From assembly GCF_006345805.1 (NCBI RefSeq), contig NC_043006.1, positions 85,374,001 through 85,438,000 on the forward strand: DNA of 64,000 nt. The letters run 5' to 3'. The DNA comes from Octopus sinensis. Taxonomy: Eukaryota. A program made the position numbers and the translations under genes. Below are positions 25,901 through 38,232 of this stretch, piece after piece (the stretch's first letter is position 1; every line of letters starts with the position of its first letter). The notes below the pieces were generated by a model, which ran no database searches, was not told the origin of the DNA, and saw only the letters and a list, made by a program, of their open reading frames with translations.

Positions 25901-27632
25901 TCTATACACTGCTGGTGGTTTGCCTACCTTGGCACCAAGGAAGAATTCAAAGAACTGAAATATACTGCAAAGCATTTCATCCAGTGCTTTAATGATTTCA
26001 CCAGTTGACTGCTTTGGTGTGATATGCTGTATATCAACCCTGAAGAAATGAAAGACTTAAATCTGATTTTAATTTGTCTACCCAATACAATCTCATCGAC
26101 TTGGGAGATTTAATAACAATTTATAAATTTTCTTTTGAATAGATTAAGGATAACAGTTAGTAAGTAACATCATCCCAGATTAGTGTAATAGAGAACCAGC
26201 AACTACTCTGTGTATTAACTCTTAAGAGAAAGTTTAATTCTTCTTGAGAAACATGAGGAGGGTAATGTTAATGCTTATATTGACCTTCTGTAACATTGCC
26301 AGGAAGTTAGACTTGCTATACATCTTTTACTATTAAAGAATTTAACTTTCTCATGTGATATGTATAAATAAACATTTTAGTAAGTATGAAAGCCAAAAGG
26401 AACAAGATTGCAATTATATTCTTTTTTCCAGAAAAGAAAACCCTGTGTCCCATTGTCTAGCTTAGTATAAACTTAATCATTCATTGTAAGGAACTGATAT
26501 TTAAAAAGATACCTAGTAACCAAATTGAATTAATTACATATAAAATATCTAAAAACCAAATGATAAATCTAATTTATAAAAACTAAACTTCAGCTTCTAA
26601 CAGTTGTAAGCTACAAAGGTGCTGTGAACTAATATAGCAGGATATGACTAGTGGAAGAAAGAAATTTGAGGCTGATATAGCAAAGGATGATAGAAATAAG
26701 TCTTTTTTTCTTTTCTTTTTCTATGCTGGGTGGGTTATCCAGAAAGTTATTTTAAGATTTTACAGCCTGTTGCTCTTCATGTTTTTCAAGTAGGAGGTTT
26801 TTATTCCAGTATCATCAAAGGTGCAGAGCAACCATTTGTAATGTCAGCATTATCATTTTGTTCAAGCAGTGACATGCCTGAAATATTAACATTCATACAT
26901 TGAACCCTGACACTCTTTCTGCAGTTGCTATCTACCAAAACTACTCACAACATATTGATTGGCCTGGGGCTAAAGCAGAAAACACTGTAGGTTGGATATG
27001 TAATTATACAGTTGCTGATAACTATAATATAATATTCAGTTATATTTCTTGTTTTTGGATCCAACTCAAGTAAGCTATTTAGATTTTGAATTTAGCTGTT
27101 GCAAAGCTGTGGATATTGGTTTTTAAATAATTACCCCCCCCCCCCCTCTCAAAAAGTAGATTTGCAGAATGGGGGTTTCCAGGTTTGCTTTACTTTAAAA
27201 AAAGGCCTAGGTTGGTTTTGCAAAAGATTTCTTGTAACCTTCAACATTCTTAGAATTAATGTAGGATTGGCGGTACAATGCAATGACTCTTAGCAGATTT
27301 AAGGGTGTAACCTTTCAATTAAAATTTCAGTGCTGTGCACTACTTCAAGATCTGCCAAAATTGAGCAAGATATGTTCTAAACCTGTTAATGCTTTTATGT
27401 TTGGTTCTTTAGAAAGAAAAAGAAAAAAAACAAAACAAAACTGAAAGCTTAAACAAGTTTTAACGATTCTTTGAATATTGTTATAGCAAGCAATTGTTGA
27501 CATTAGATTAATTTAGGCATTATAAATGCACTCAACAGAGGTACTTAATTCATCTTCTGAAACACACCTAAAGAGTAAAATCAGTATTTTGGGGCCTGAC
27601 TAGATTACCACACACTGTTATATATATGTGTG

Positions 27633-27670
<38 letters not shown>

Positions 27671-27673
<3 letters not shown>

Positions 27674-27750
27674 GGGGGTACTGAAAAGTTGCTAGCTTTA
27701 AGGGTATCATGAAAGGCCTGGGTAGGGGCCCAACCTTCCAAGTTCTTTTA
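27671..27750 (+). mobile_element. Mariner-type terminal fragment
   Basis: CAAGGGGGTACTGAAAAGTTGCTAGCTT after a (CA)n/TA tract resembles mariner TIRs (CGAGGGG..CTGAAAAGT). Confidence 0.5.
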
Positions 27751-28057
27751 CTGGGATGTCGTAAACCTAAAACAAAAAAAATTAACTTATTAAATACTGA
27801 AACACTGTCAGGACTTTTGCCCCACCGTATATATTTATATATATATATAGAGAGAGGGAGAGAGAGACAACATATTCTCATATAAAATAGTATACATTTA
27901 AACACAAGAGAAAATTACCTTTAATAGGTAATTTTTATATGCTATTTTTATTTTTCATACCCTTCGAAAATTTCTTTTAAATGTGGTTTTGGTCGTTTTG
28001 ACTGCTTCTAGCGTGCCTCTTGTATTTAAATTTATACTATTTTATATGAGAATATGT

Positions 28058-28107
<50 letters not shown>

Positions 28108-28181
28108 GGGGCAAAAGTCCTGACGGTGTTTCAGTATTTAATAAGTTAATTTTTTTGTTTTAAGTTTACGATATCCCAGTA
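27749..28181. repeat. Inverted duplication (arms 27749-27910 and 28017-28181) containing Tc1/mariner-like ends
   Basis: TACTGGGATGTCGTAAAC...GTCAGGACTTTTGCCCCACC and GACAACATATTCTCATATAAAATAGTATA are both mirrored in the right arm. Confidence 0.9.
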
Positions 28182-28483
28182 TCATATATATATGTAGGAA
28201 GAAGAAAATGGAGATTGTGAAGTTAATAAGAGTTTATTATCAACTTGACTGTTATCCCTTACAGCTGTTTCAATTATACTCAGTGAATTAATTAAATATT
28301 AAGTTCATATTTCTGAGAATAATATACTAACATAACCTCTAATTGAATTTTATATATATATATATATATGTATGTATGTGTGTGTATTTATTGGAAACAG
28401 ATGTAAGCTAGGTGAGGAATTCACATCTAAATTTTTTTTAATTTATTAAACTTTCACACCTTTTCTTGACTTTTGGCCTGCCC

Positions 28484-29247
28484 TTTGTGTGTGTGTGTGT
28501 ATATATATATGAATATAGAACTATTGCATCAGTTTCTTATTGACAAAATAACCCTCATGATATGATATATATATATAGTGTTCCGAGCCAATGCAGAACT
28601 CCAAAATGATCTCACTCTTCTGCTTTAAAGGCTCTCGCAGATCATAATAGATGAACAGTTACGTTTGAGGTATATTATAATGAAAGAGTTATATGGTAAT
28701 TGTAATCTTTGGAATAGATCAATAATGTTTGGCTCTGGTTTTATGGAAAGAAACATCTAATATTGAAAGAATGTAAAATACAGTCATCACTAGTCACATT
28801 TCACCTCTTTGTTTCTTGCTATCTATTCTATTTCTCCTTCCCTGGACCCAGTATTAGGCTACTGTATTTAGCATGTCAATAGCTGCTCCTTCAGTGACTC
28901 AGGTAAGAATTGATTTATTAATAAAATAGAAAACTTCCTTGGTGTTATTTGAGTACTTGTTTGAAAGAAATACTTTTCAGATATAGAAGCAGTACTCCAA
29001 GTGAGATGTCTTTGGATGTCCCCAAATTAATCGTTTTGATTCTGAGGCAAAATTTTTCAATTTTAGTTTCTTTTAATGTGTTATTAAAACTAGGGTGGGT
29101 GGTCATAAAATATAGGTGTGAGTTCTGCAGCATGATACATTTGTGTGTGTGTGTATATATATATATGAATATAGAACTATTGCATCAGTTTCTTATTGAC
29201 AAAATAACCCTCATGATATGATATATATATAGTGTTCCAAGCCAATG
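28484..29247. repeat. ~108-bp direct duplication (28484-28593 / 29140-29247) flanking a ~546-bp unique insert
   Basis: GAATATAGAACTATTGCATCAGTTTCTTATTGACAAAATAACCCTCATGATATG...AGTGTTCC(G/A)AGCCAATG occurs twice, almost identically. Confidence 0.93.
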
Positions 29248-29606
29248 AGTAGAAGTAAATATACTCTATATTTGTAAGATCTGTACTAAGAGTATGAAAG
29301 CTAAACATTGCTAGGATAAAATTAGCAAATGACTTCCTCATGATGAAATTATTTGTCTACTATATATCAGAATAATACTATTGCAAGACTACCTCAGCTG
29401 GTTTTAATTAAAAAGGTAAAAATAATTTTACTTGCTATTTAATTCACTTTTGATAACTAGGTTAATTTTTTGAACATATTAACATTTTTTTATCCTTAAT
29501 ATAATTGTTATATCTTTGTCTATGTGTTAGTAATATAAAATATTTATTTTTCAATTCTAAAATATTTCTCTCTTTTTTTCTTTTTATAATTATTAAAATT
29601 TTCCAG

Positions 29607-29660
29607 ATAACCTTTTCACTAGCTGGAATTCTGCCACTGTTCAGTTAATATTCAGACAAG
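29607..29660 (+). other. Candidate 54-nt exon (5'UTR or microexon)
   Basis: Long T/C-rich tract ending TTTTCCAG| upstream and donor AAG|GTAATA downstream; the exon is locally GC-richer than its flanks. Confidence 0.45.
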
Positions 29661-32600
29661 GTAATATTTAATCACTTCTCAACTCAAATCCATGCGTTTC
29701 TTGTAAAATATGTCTAAGAGATTGCTTTTCAACCGAATTAATGTTGAAATATCTACAACTCATTCCAAAATATGTCAGCATGATAAATTTTAAATTTTTA
29801 CCTTCTGAAATAGGTTTTTAAAAAAGTAAATTCATATTTAATGTTAACTTTAGTGAATTAGGAATTATGGTCTTATAAATTCATGTATTTATTTTGTTGT
29901 TTTTGTTTCTGAATCCTCAATATTATGATTGTGAATAAAAATTGTTTCTTGTGAAATAAACGCTTTTTCTTTCTCTTCACATTCTATGATCTGTGAACAG
30001 TTGAAACATAGAAATCTGAAGAACCTGGACATTCAGCCATAAATGCCATCAGTACCAGAGGAATTATTTACCTAAATGTAAAATTTTGTAGGGAGAACAA
30101 GTGGGAATAAACCTTTTTTTTTTTTTGTTTTTAATTTCCAAAATTACCAAGAATAAATGGAATTTGTTTTCAGAATCTTTAGATTATATGGTGTATACTT
30201 TGCTTTGTAATGTATACCCATAACGAGCAGTATATTTCATAAATAAACATGTCCTGGAAATTAGGTTAAAATATGCTGTGCTTTCATTTAACTACAGAAA
30301 TTTTTTTTTTCTAATTTTCATGTTGAAGACAAAGAGCAATAGAAATTATTTTTAATAAAAAAAAAAGCACAACAGTTAGCTCTTAGAATGGTTTTTAATT
30401 TGCTAGTTGTTTTACCATAAGACAAATAGGGTATAAGAATATTGCTTAATTATTCACATACCATTCATCTTGATTTTAAAACTTTTCACTGTACTTCAAA
30501 GCAAAGCCACTTTTGCTTTCCAGTACAGTGGAATGATTTCAATTTTTCATTCTGCATTTCAGTGAAAAATGTTATCAGGGTGTAATAGGTTTGAGAATTT
30601 ACATTTCCTCTGAGGTAGTTTTAGAATGGATATTTTCTGTGCAGTAATGAAAAAAAAGCAGACTAGTGTTAGATTATAGGAAATGTATTTGAAGATGTCG
30701 AACTACATATATAAAGTTCTTCATTCAAATACCACTGGTAAATAACTTTTATCAGTAATGAAATCATGTCGGGTGGACAGTTTTGGAAAACGCTCGAAAC
30801 ATTCAACTCAGTAAATACTATCAGTTCATGATGCATACATTTACATTTGTATATACTTAGATTATACCCATTCCCTTCAGAATTTTAATGCCAACTCTTA
30901 GCTCATCAATGGACATGATAAATTTTGAATATCAGTTTTCGACGAAGAGAAAGATGTACAAGTTGGTCATTTCAGAGTTTGATATTGAGGAAAGAACTCA
31001 GTATTTACAGAGGAGAAAAAAAAAAGAGAGAGACATCAAATATGAAAATGGGGAAACTTCATTGTTTATGAAATTTCCTTAGTTTGAACAAGGCAAGATC
31101 ATAAATATTATTTTGGAACAAATATATGAACTGTAATTCTTTTGAGATTTTTGAAAGAAACAGAGGTCTAACAGAATTGGTAAGTGTCAACCACCCTTTT
31201 GATTTTTATATGCTTCCATTCCCTTATTTTGTTACTTCCGAGGCCTAATAACAAAACTTAGTTGTTTGTTTTTATATATTTTTGCTAAGAGATTATTTTA
31301 TACAAATACCAGTGCTAGATTTACTAGTACTATCTAATTCAGTTTAAAAAAAAAGAAAGTTGGTAAGATTTTTTCTTTCCACCCCCAAAAACTTACAAGC
31401 TGTTAAGATATTTATTGTGGAAATAAATTAAAATAAATTCTGCAACAACAGTGAACTTTGCATTTAAAAAGGAATTTTACTGTTATTTTTCTGTAACAAG
31501 ACTTCACTGAATATTTGGATTGTAGATAGTTCTTGTTGCAATCTTCAGAATTAAACTCAAGCATTCCTTTCACTGTGTAGTTAATAGATAATTTCTATGA
31601 TAGTGACTCGAAGGATTTTTTTTTTTTACAAAATATTCTTTCTAAGAATATGAAAAATTTGACTGTATTCAATTTTATTCTGTATTAATTTTAGTTACTT
31701 ATGGTTACTGTATAGAAGCTTTCTTTACACTGAAAGCAATGCTATATGGTGAGTAACTAAGTGCATAAGACCCATCCAGTCCTCTATGCTTTTAAGAAGT
31801 AAAGTCACCTTTCTTAAAATCTTTTTGAAAAAAAAAAAAAATGAATATGGTTCTTCAAAACTTAATACTGATTTCTTGGATTTAAATCTAAAGATATCAC
31901 TGTTGACTAAGCATTTTCTGCAAGCAATGGTATTTTTATTTCCTTGAACTATAGCTCCCTCTTCCCTTACAAGAAAAAGAAACTTATACCTATGGAAGAT
32001 GTTGATAGAGTTAGTGAAAATGAGCACATGGTTTAAAATTTTACACTGTTCAGTGTGAAGCTTTACATTCCACTTGGACTCACCTTTGTCTTCATTCTTC
32101 CTTAGGCTGTGCGGTTATGGAAAAGGAGTCAGTTCTGTCAATTGAACAGACTGATCATTTTCTTAGTATAACTTGCTGTTAAATTGGGTATTTTCAGTTC
32201 ACAATTTCCAAATGCATTTTGAGGTTTTCTTGAAAAATATGGTCAGCATAAAAAAATACCTAAAGGACAAATTGAGCAAAAATTTGTTGAAGTAGTTGAG
32301 CATCAAGGGCATTAGCAGCCTCTATCTACAGAAGAATCTACTACATCAATATGGATAACTATTGTAAAATAATTGCTGTATTCTGGGTGTAATGTATCAT
32401 GGATTGATAGATGTTCACAAATGATTTACAGTAAGGTTAGATGATTAAGATTCAAATTTAAGATGGAATACAGATGAACAGCTGGTGTGTTACAGGTTTG
32501 TCCAATTCAAACCAATAGAGAGAACCAACTATTTGTTGAATCCGAGATTACTCTCATAGTTGAATGTACTTCAACTCTCTGTGTTCGGGTACATCCAACT

Positions 32601-33903
32601 ATATCACATTTTTGTGAACAAGAGTGTTGGTTACAGGTTTCCAGAAGGACCAATCACTGGTTCACTGTATGGCAAGAGTGACAAGGAATTCTCTGTTACT
32701 TGGTGTGGAAAAAATATTGCAGGAGCACTTGTTTTTCAGTTTCTTCAGTGAAGCCCTCGTGTATTTGTCTGTGGATTTTCTCATAATTTCCATCTACCAA
32801 ATTCTGGAGCGAACCTCTTAAACCACATGCCCATGCTGTTATGTGGATGTATTTCTTGCCAACCAATATTTGGGCTGCAATAGCTGTTGTTTAATCAAGG
32901 CAATCAAGGATTTTGTCACTTTGCAAAGGCTGTAGAAGAAACATTTAGAAGAAAGATTTAATTCTACATCCTATAACATCTACTTCTCTGACAAACATCA
33001 TTTCTGTCTGCATGTCCCTAGAAATAGCAGTTGAGAAAGAACCCAAGGAGATTACAATTAGAATAAATAGTCACATTAGATTTGTTTTATGTGTAACAGA
33101 CAAACAGGCTCATAGTGTTTTATCCAAAATTAAGGTCTAATGGTATGGAATTTAAAATTTTAGATAACACTTAGACACTAACTTCTAAAATAGAAATAAA
33201 GATTCAGACTCATTCTTTAATATAGTTGGTCATAGATTACACTTATCTCTCTGAAAGCAATTAGATTTTCTTGGAAAACTGAAATTTCCAAAATACCAAT
33301 TTCTTGCTTTATAAAGATGACATAAGTATTAACAGTGCAATTTTAAAACTGTATAAACTAATACTATAGTCACAGTTTGTCAAGTATTAGTCTATTAAAT
33401 ATAAAACACTAACTAAAAGATTTCTTCCTACTTGCTAAGCTTGGAACAGTTTTGCACAGGATTTCACACTATTAAAAAACATAACTGTTTATTTTAATAA
33501 TTGCTTCATTCTTTTTTTTCTTCTTTTTAGTTTGTTTCCTAACTTCATTTTATTATTTAGCATTATTGATTACCAAGGGAAGAAAAGTACTTATTAGAAA
33601 AGTTAAATTAATGCAAGTATTGGTAATATATTTTCTGTCAATAAGAATGACATGAGAAAATAAGGTTTAATTTTTTTTACATTGAAATACTGGCATCAGT
33701 AAGAGAACAAGTCAAATATAAGATACCTCTTCATTAGAATAACAAAAATGAACAATAAATAAAAATAATTTCAGTTAAAACTTAAGGTTTAGAAATTGGT
33801 TGGGGAAATGAAATCTAAGCCTTAGATTTCATTTAATTTCATCAGCTATGTCACGATGGAGTGAGCATAAATAAGTTCTTACTCAAATATTCTGTTAATA
33901 ATT

Positions 33904-34113
33904 ATTTTCTACTCTAGGCACAAGGCCCGAAATTTTTGGGGAGGGGACCAGTCGATTAAATCAACCCTCGTATGCAACTGGTACTTAATTAATCCTGAAA
34001 GGATGAAAAGCAAAGTTAACCTTGGAGGAATTTGAACTCAGAATGTAAAGACAGATGAAATATTGCTAAGCATTTCGCCCAGCGTGCTAACATTTCTGCC
34101 AGCTCACCGCCTT
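33904..34113 (-). mobile_element. SINE family B, full-length, with 17-bp TSD
   Basis: Head GGCGGTGAGCTGGCAGAAATGTTAGCACGC on the minus strand; TSD ATATTCTGTTAATAATT at 33887-33903 and 34114-34130. Confidence 0.92.
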
Positions 34114-36370
34114 ATATTCTGTTAATAATTGACAACAAACTAGGTGTATGGGGCTGTGTACTGTTGTAAATTTCTCAACAGTACTGAGATAAAATCTGTA
34201 TATTTGACATAATATATGTCTTGGTAATGTTTACATTATTCTGTACAGGCTGTATATGATTGAAATATATGCTTTTAGTCTTTGGTATATCGTAGCTTGC
34301 TTAATATTTGAAAAATCTACAAAAGTGAGCTAGAATGATGAGAGAAAGTAGTGAGAAGAATCTCACTTCGTTTACATCCTTACAGTGTGTTTATATGAGT
34401 GTGCTTTATTTTACAAAGAAACAAATCTTAATTTTATGATTAAATCAAGTTAATAAGTCTTTAGATTTGACCAAGCATAAGTGGAAAGTGAAGTGACTCT
34501 TATAGAATAGAAAAGACCTGATAAAAGATTGACAGTATTAATGCCTGTCTTAATTCTTCCTCTAAACTTTTTCCTGAACCCTAGTCCTCTATCAGCTAAA
34601 GAAATCCAATATTCATAAATATGAAAGATACTTGACTTACCTCATTTGACAGATTCTATATTTTCTTATGGCACCAAAATATGGAATATTTTATATTGGT
34701 ACAAATGTTTGAAGCAAATAGTTTCTTAGAAAAAGTATATGTATGACTAAGAGATTTAAAAATTTAACTTGTCACTATGACTCTAGTATTGTTTACTCCT
34801 TAGCTTTTTATTAGCAAAATAGAAAGTGTGCTCTATGGACAGTATACTAACAAAAGAAAAAGCAACAATTAGTCTTCATTTAGTTGGTTTAACATAGTTT
34901 AACTGCTTCATTGTAGAGATTAATATTGTACCAAATAAAGATTACCAATGCTTAGCACTGAAACCATGCAACTATTTATGTTTGCTACAGAAAATTATAG
35001 TTGGTTCACCATAACTTAATGGTTTAAAATTTCATTTTATTAATATGAAAATATGAGAAAATACTTTCTCTGCAGATTTAAATCTGCTTTGGTACAGAAC
35101 TAGTTTCTGTATTCATTACAAGAATTCAAATCATCTATATTAACTGATGTAACGATATGTACATTATACTTCCTCAGATTTAAAACCATACAGGTATAGT
35201 TTAAAGATGTCAGGTTTTTTTATGGTGGTGGTGGTGGTGGTGGTGGGGATAACCAGTTCAAAGCTTTGCCAATATATTGCAACACCTCCAGTTGAATTCT
35301 CATTCTCTGAATATTTTAGAATAATCTTGTCTTGTATGCATGTAGTGTTTAACAAGGATCATTTGGGCAGTGAATAGTATTTCAGTAATTAAATTAAGAC
35401 ATTAATGCTGCAAGTGCTGAAGTTAGAGAAGAATGAAGGATATGTAATTCTTGTTTAGTAATGGGGTAATATGAAAGCAACTTAAATGGCAAAAAATAAA
35501 TTACAACACTCTGAGTGTTAGTTATAATACATTTTGCTTTGGTTTACATAACTTTAAAGCAGATACCATTCCTGTTCCATTGTCAGATTCTCTGCAAAAA
35601 GAAAAAAAAAAGCACCCAGCTGTGAGCAAAACATCAAGCAATTGCTTCAGTAATAATGTATTTTAATATATTATTACTGAAATTGATTAAAATATTAAAT
35701 AATTGTATTATTTAATATTCTAATTAATGTCGGTCCATTACAACTCGTATATAAGAGGAAATATAATTATTCTCAGTCTTTATATATTTTTATAACATTC
35801 CTTTCTAAATACATTGAATTAATTACAGAGACAAAATATCTCATTTTGCTGATCTACTGTCTGATGATCAAGTTTTGTAGATCTTTCAAACAGGTATCTG
35901 ATGTTGCTTACTTTGTGACAACTGAATCTGTGCGTTTCCAGTTTGTTGAAAGCAGAGATTATATTGCATATATTATAGTTTTATTAAATGGCATCATTGC
36001 TGTTTTGCTGATTAGACCAAGGAAATTTTTTGTTTCCATTGGATTTTCCATTGCTGATACTACTAAGTTGCAACTCCCTGATAGGAAGTGGGATTGAAAC
36101 TTGGAATGCACTGATATGCAAAGCATCTTGTCCCATTGTTCTAACAATTGCACCTGTCCACTGCCCTCAACTGGTACTTGATCAACCCTGTAAAAAAAAA
36201 ATAAAAAGGCAAAATTGACTCCAGCACAATTTGGACCCAGCGGTGAGAATGAATACCACAAGGCACTGTAGTCAATGCTCTAACAACTCTGCTAATTCTA
36301 GTTCTCATATAGAGAAAACAGCTAACATCTTAAGTGTTAATTCAGCTTATATTTAAAATTATATACACAG

Positions 36371-36440
36371 GCATTTTTCTTCTAATTTGAAGCAAAGCTT
36401 CAAGTGAACAGCTGCAATGTGTGATGATTTAGTGTTACAG
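36371..36440 (+). other. Candidate small 5'UTR exon
   Basis: Perfect donor CAG|GTAAGT at 36440/36441; possible acceptors ACACAG| (36370) or TTTGAAG| (36392). Confidence 0.3.
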
Positions 36441-38140
36441 GTAAGTGGTCATCTAAGCTCTGTCATAAACCATTTTACTTTCTGTTTTAATTCTTAAAAC
36501 CCTTGAGGCAGATTCCCTTGTTGATTAGTATTTGAAAACTCTGATATGCACACACTCTAGTTTTCATAACTAAAACAGTCAGTGGAAAGCCAAAGAAGTT
36601 TATGATATTTTTCAGAATGTTCAAATAAGAAAAAGGTACTGGAGTTGGTAGGCTACCAGAGCGAAAAGCTCCAGTTTGTGCACTGATTGTTTTCCCAGAA
36701 CACTTTAGGTGAAAGAGAGACTAAGAAAAATAATAGCAGGAAATTTAAAGCAGTTCTTGCTACCCACTCAGTTTATTAAGGAAGGGTTTTAACAGTGAAA
36801 GTAGATTTGCACTGTTGGAAAGCAGCATCCCTGCCAGGCCAAGATTCATGGAAATCTTACATAGAGAAACAGTTGAAAATTAATAGCATCAAGAGATGTT
36901 TTAAAATGCGGCAATAAGTTGCTTGTATTTTTTTTTTTTTTTTTTGAGAGTAGATGACAAAAAAATTACTGACAAAAAAATTACTGTATTCAGTAATGAA
37001 TCAAGAAATTTGTTATATGGGGAAATAGTAAAAACAAAGAACATCACTCGATTTATATTTTTACCTAATTATGCTACCTTAAAGAACAACTCTTAAAGAA
37101 ATAATAGCAAATTGATTCTAGATGGTACTCTTACAAAGAATTTGTGAATGAACATTTTCTTTTAAACAGCAAGTGTTGATGATCTTGAGGGATTTTTCTG
37201 AAGTATTGAAAGCATAAATCTTGCTTTCATAATAATGGTAACTGGTAACATACACATGGTCATCATTGTTACATGCAGTACTAAGATAGAAAGATGGTGC
37301 ATTTTAAAAATATATTTGCCCATGGCCTCATCATTTATCATCTGCATTGCTGTATGGAGAAAAATTCTCCAATTCCTATCGCATATTTCAAGTTCTTAGC
37401 CATTGTGCAAATAATGATAGGATTGTGGTTATAAAGCAGGGGGAATGACTTGAATCAACCGCACTCAATATCTTTGGGGTACTGATATACATTTATTTCA
37501 TCACAACTACCCAAGAACATCTACTTCAATTTATTATATCTAAGATCTCCACAGGCTGTAATCTCCTAAGAAACATCAACTGGATTATCCTGGTTAAATA
37601 TCCTAACGGTGTTTTAAAGACAAAACAGTGCCTCTGATAAAGTTTGTAAAGACTGCAATTTTTTAAAGTGATATTCTATCAATATTCTGTAATACCAGTG
37701 ATTTAATTGTGATGAATGCTAAAACTTTTGGTTTAATTGATGTGAAGAAGTAAATGTTCAATTGTTTACTTGAGTTTCAAAGTAGCTGTCTGAATAAGAT
37801 TTAATGCAGTTTGTTCAACATCATTGTTCTAAGTCTTAACATTCATGCAATTTATTGATAAATCCTCTTCAACTGTTTGAGTTGGCTCCCGATGCCAGCC
37901 AAACAAACATGTTGTATTGATGTATCGAATAAGTTGTTTCATTTCGTCTAAAACCACATTGCACAGTGTTGCAATTTAAATATGTGCTGTTCATTTTCAT
38001 TTTTATGGTGATTGCAGTAAAACCAGCAAGTTGAACTCAGTGTGCATGTGCTCTTGATTGGAAGAGAATTATTTTAGAATGGTGCTTGTAGTGGTGTGAT
38101 TGTGTTACCAGTGTTAGTGTGTTTTGGTATGTAATTGTCA

Positions 38141-38232
38141 ATTGGTCACTGAGACATATCAATGTACAATTGACAATTCATTATGATGATGATGAATTGT
38201 CCATTATACATTGATATGTCTCAGTGACCAAT
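38141..38232. repeat. 92-nt hairpin, 41-bp arms with 2 mismatches
   Basis: ATTGGTCACTGAGACATATCAATGTACAATTGACAATTCAT / loop TATGATGATG / ATGAATTGTCCATTATACATTGATATGTCTCAGTGACCAAT. Confidence 0.92.
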
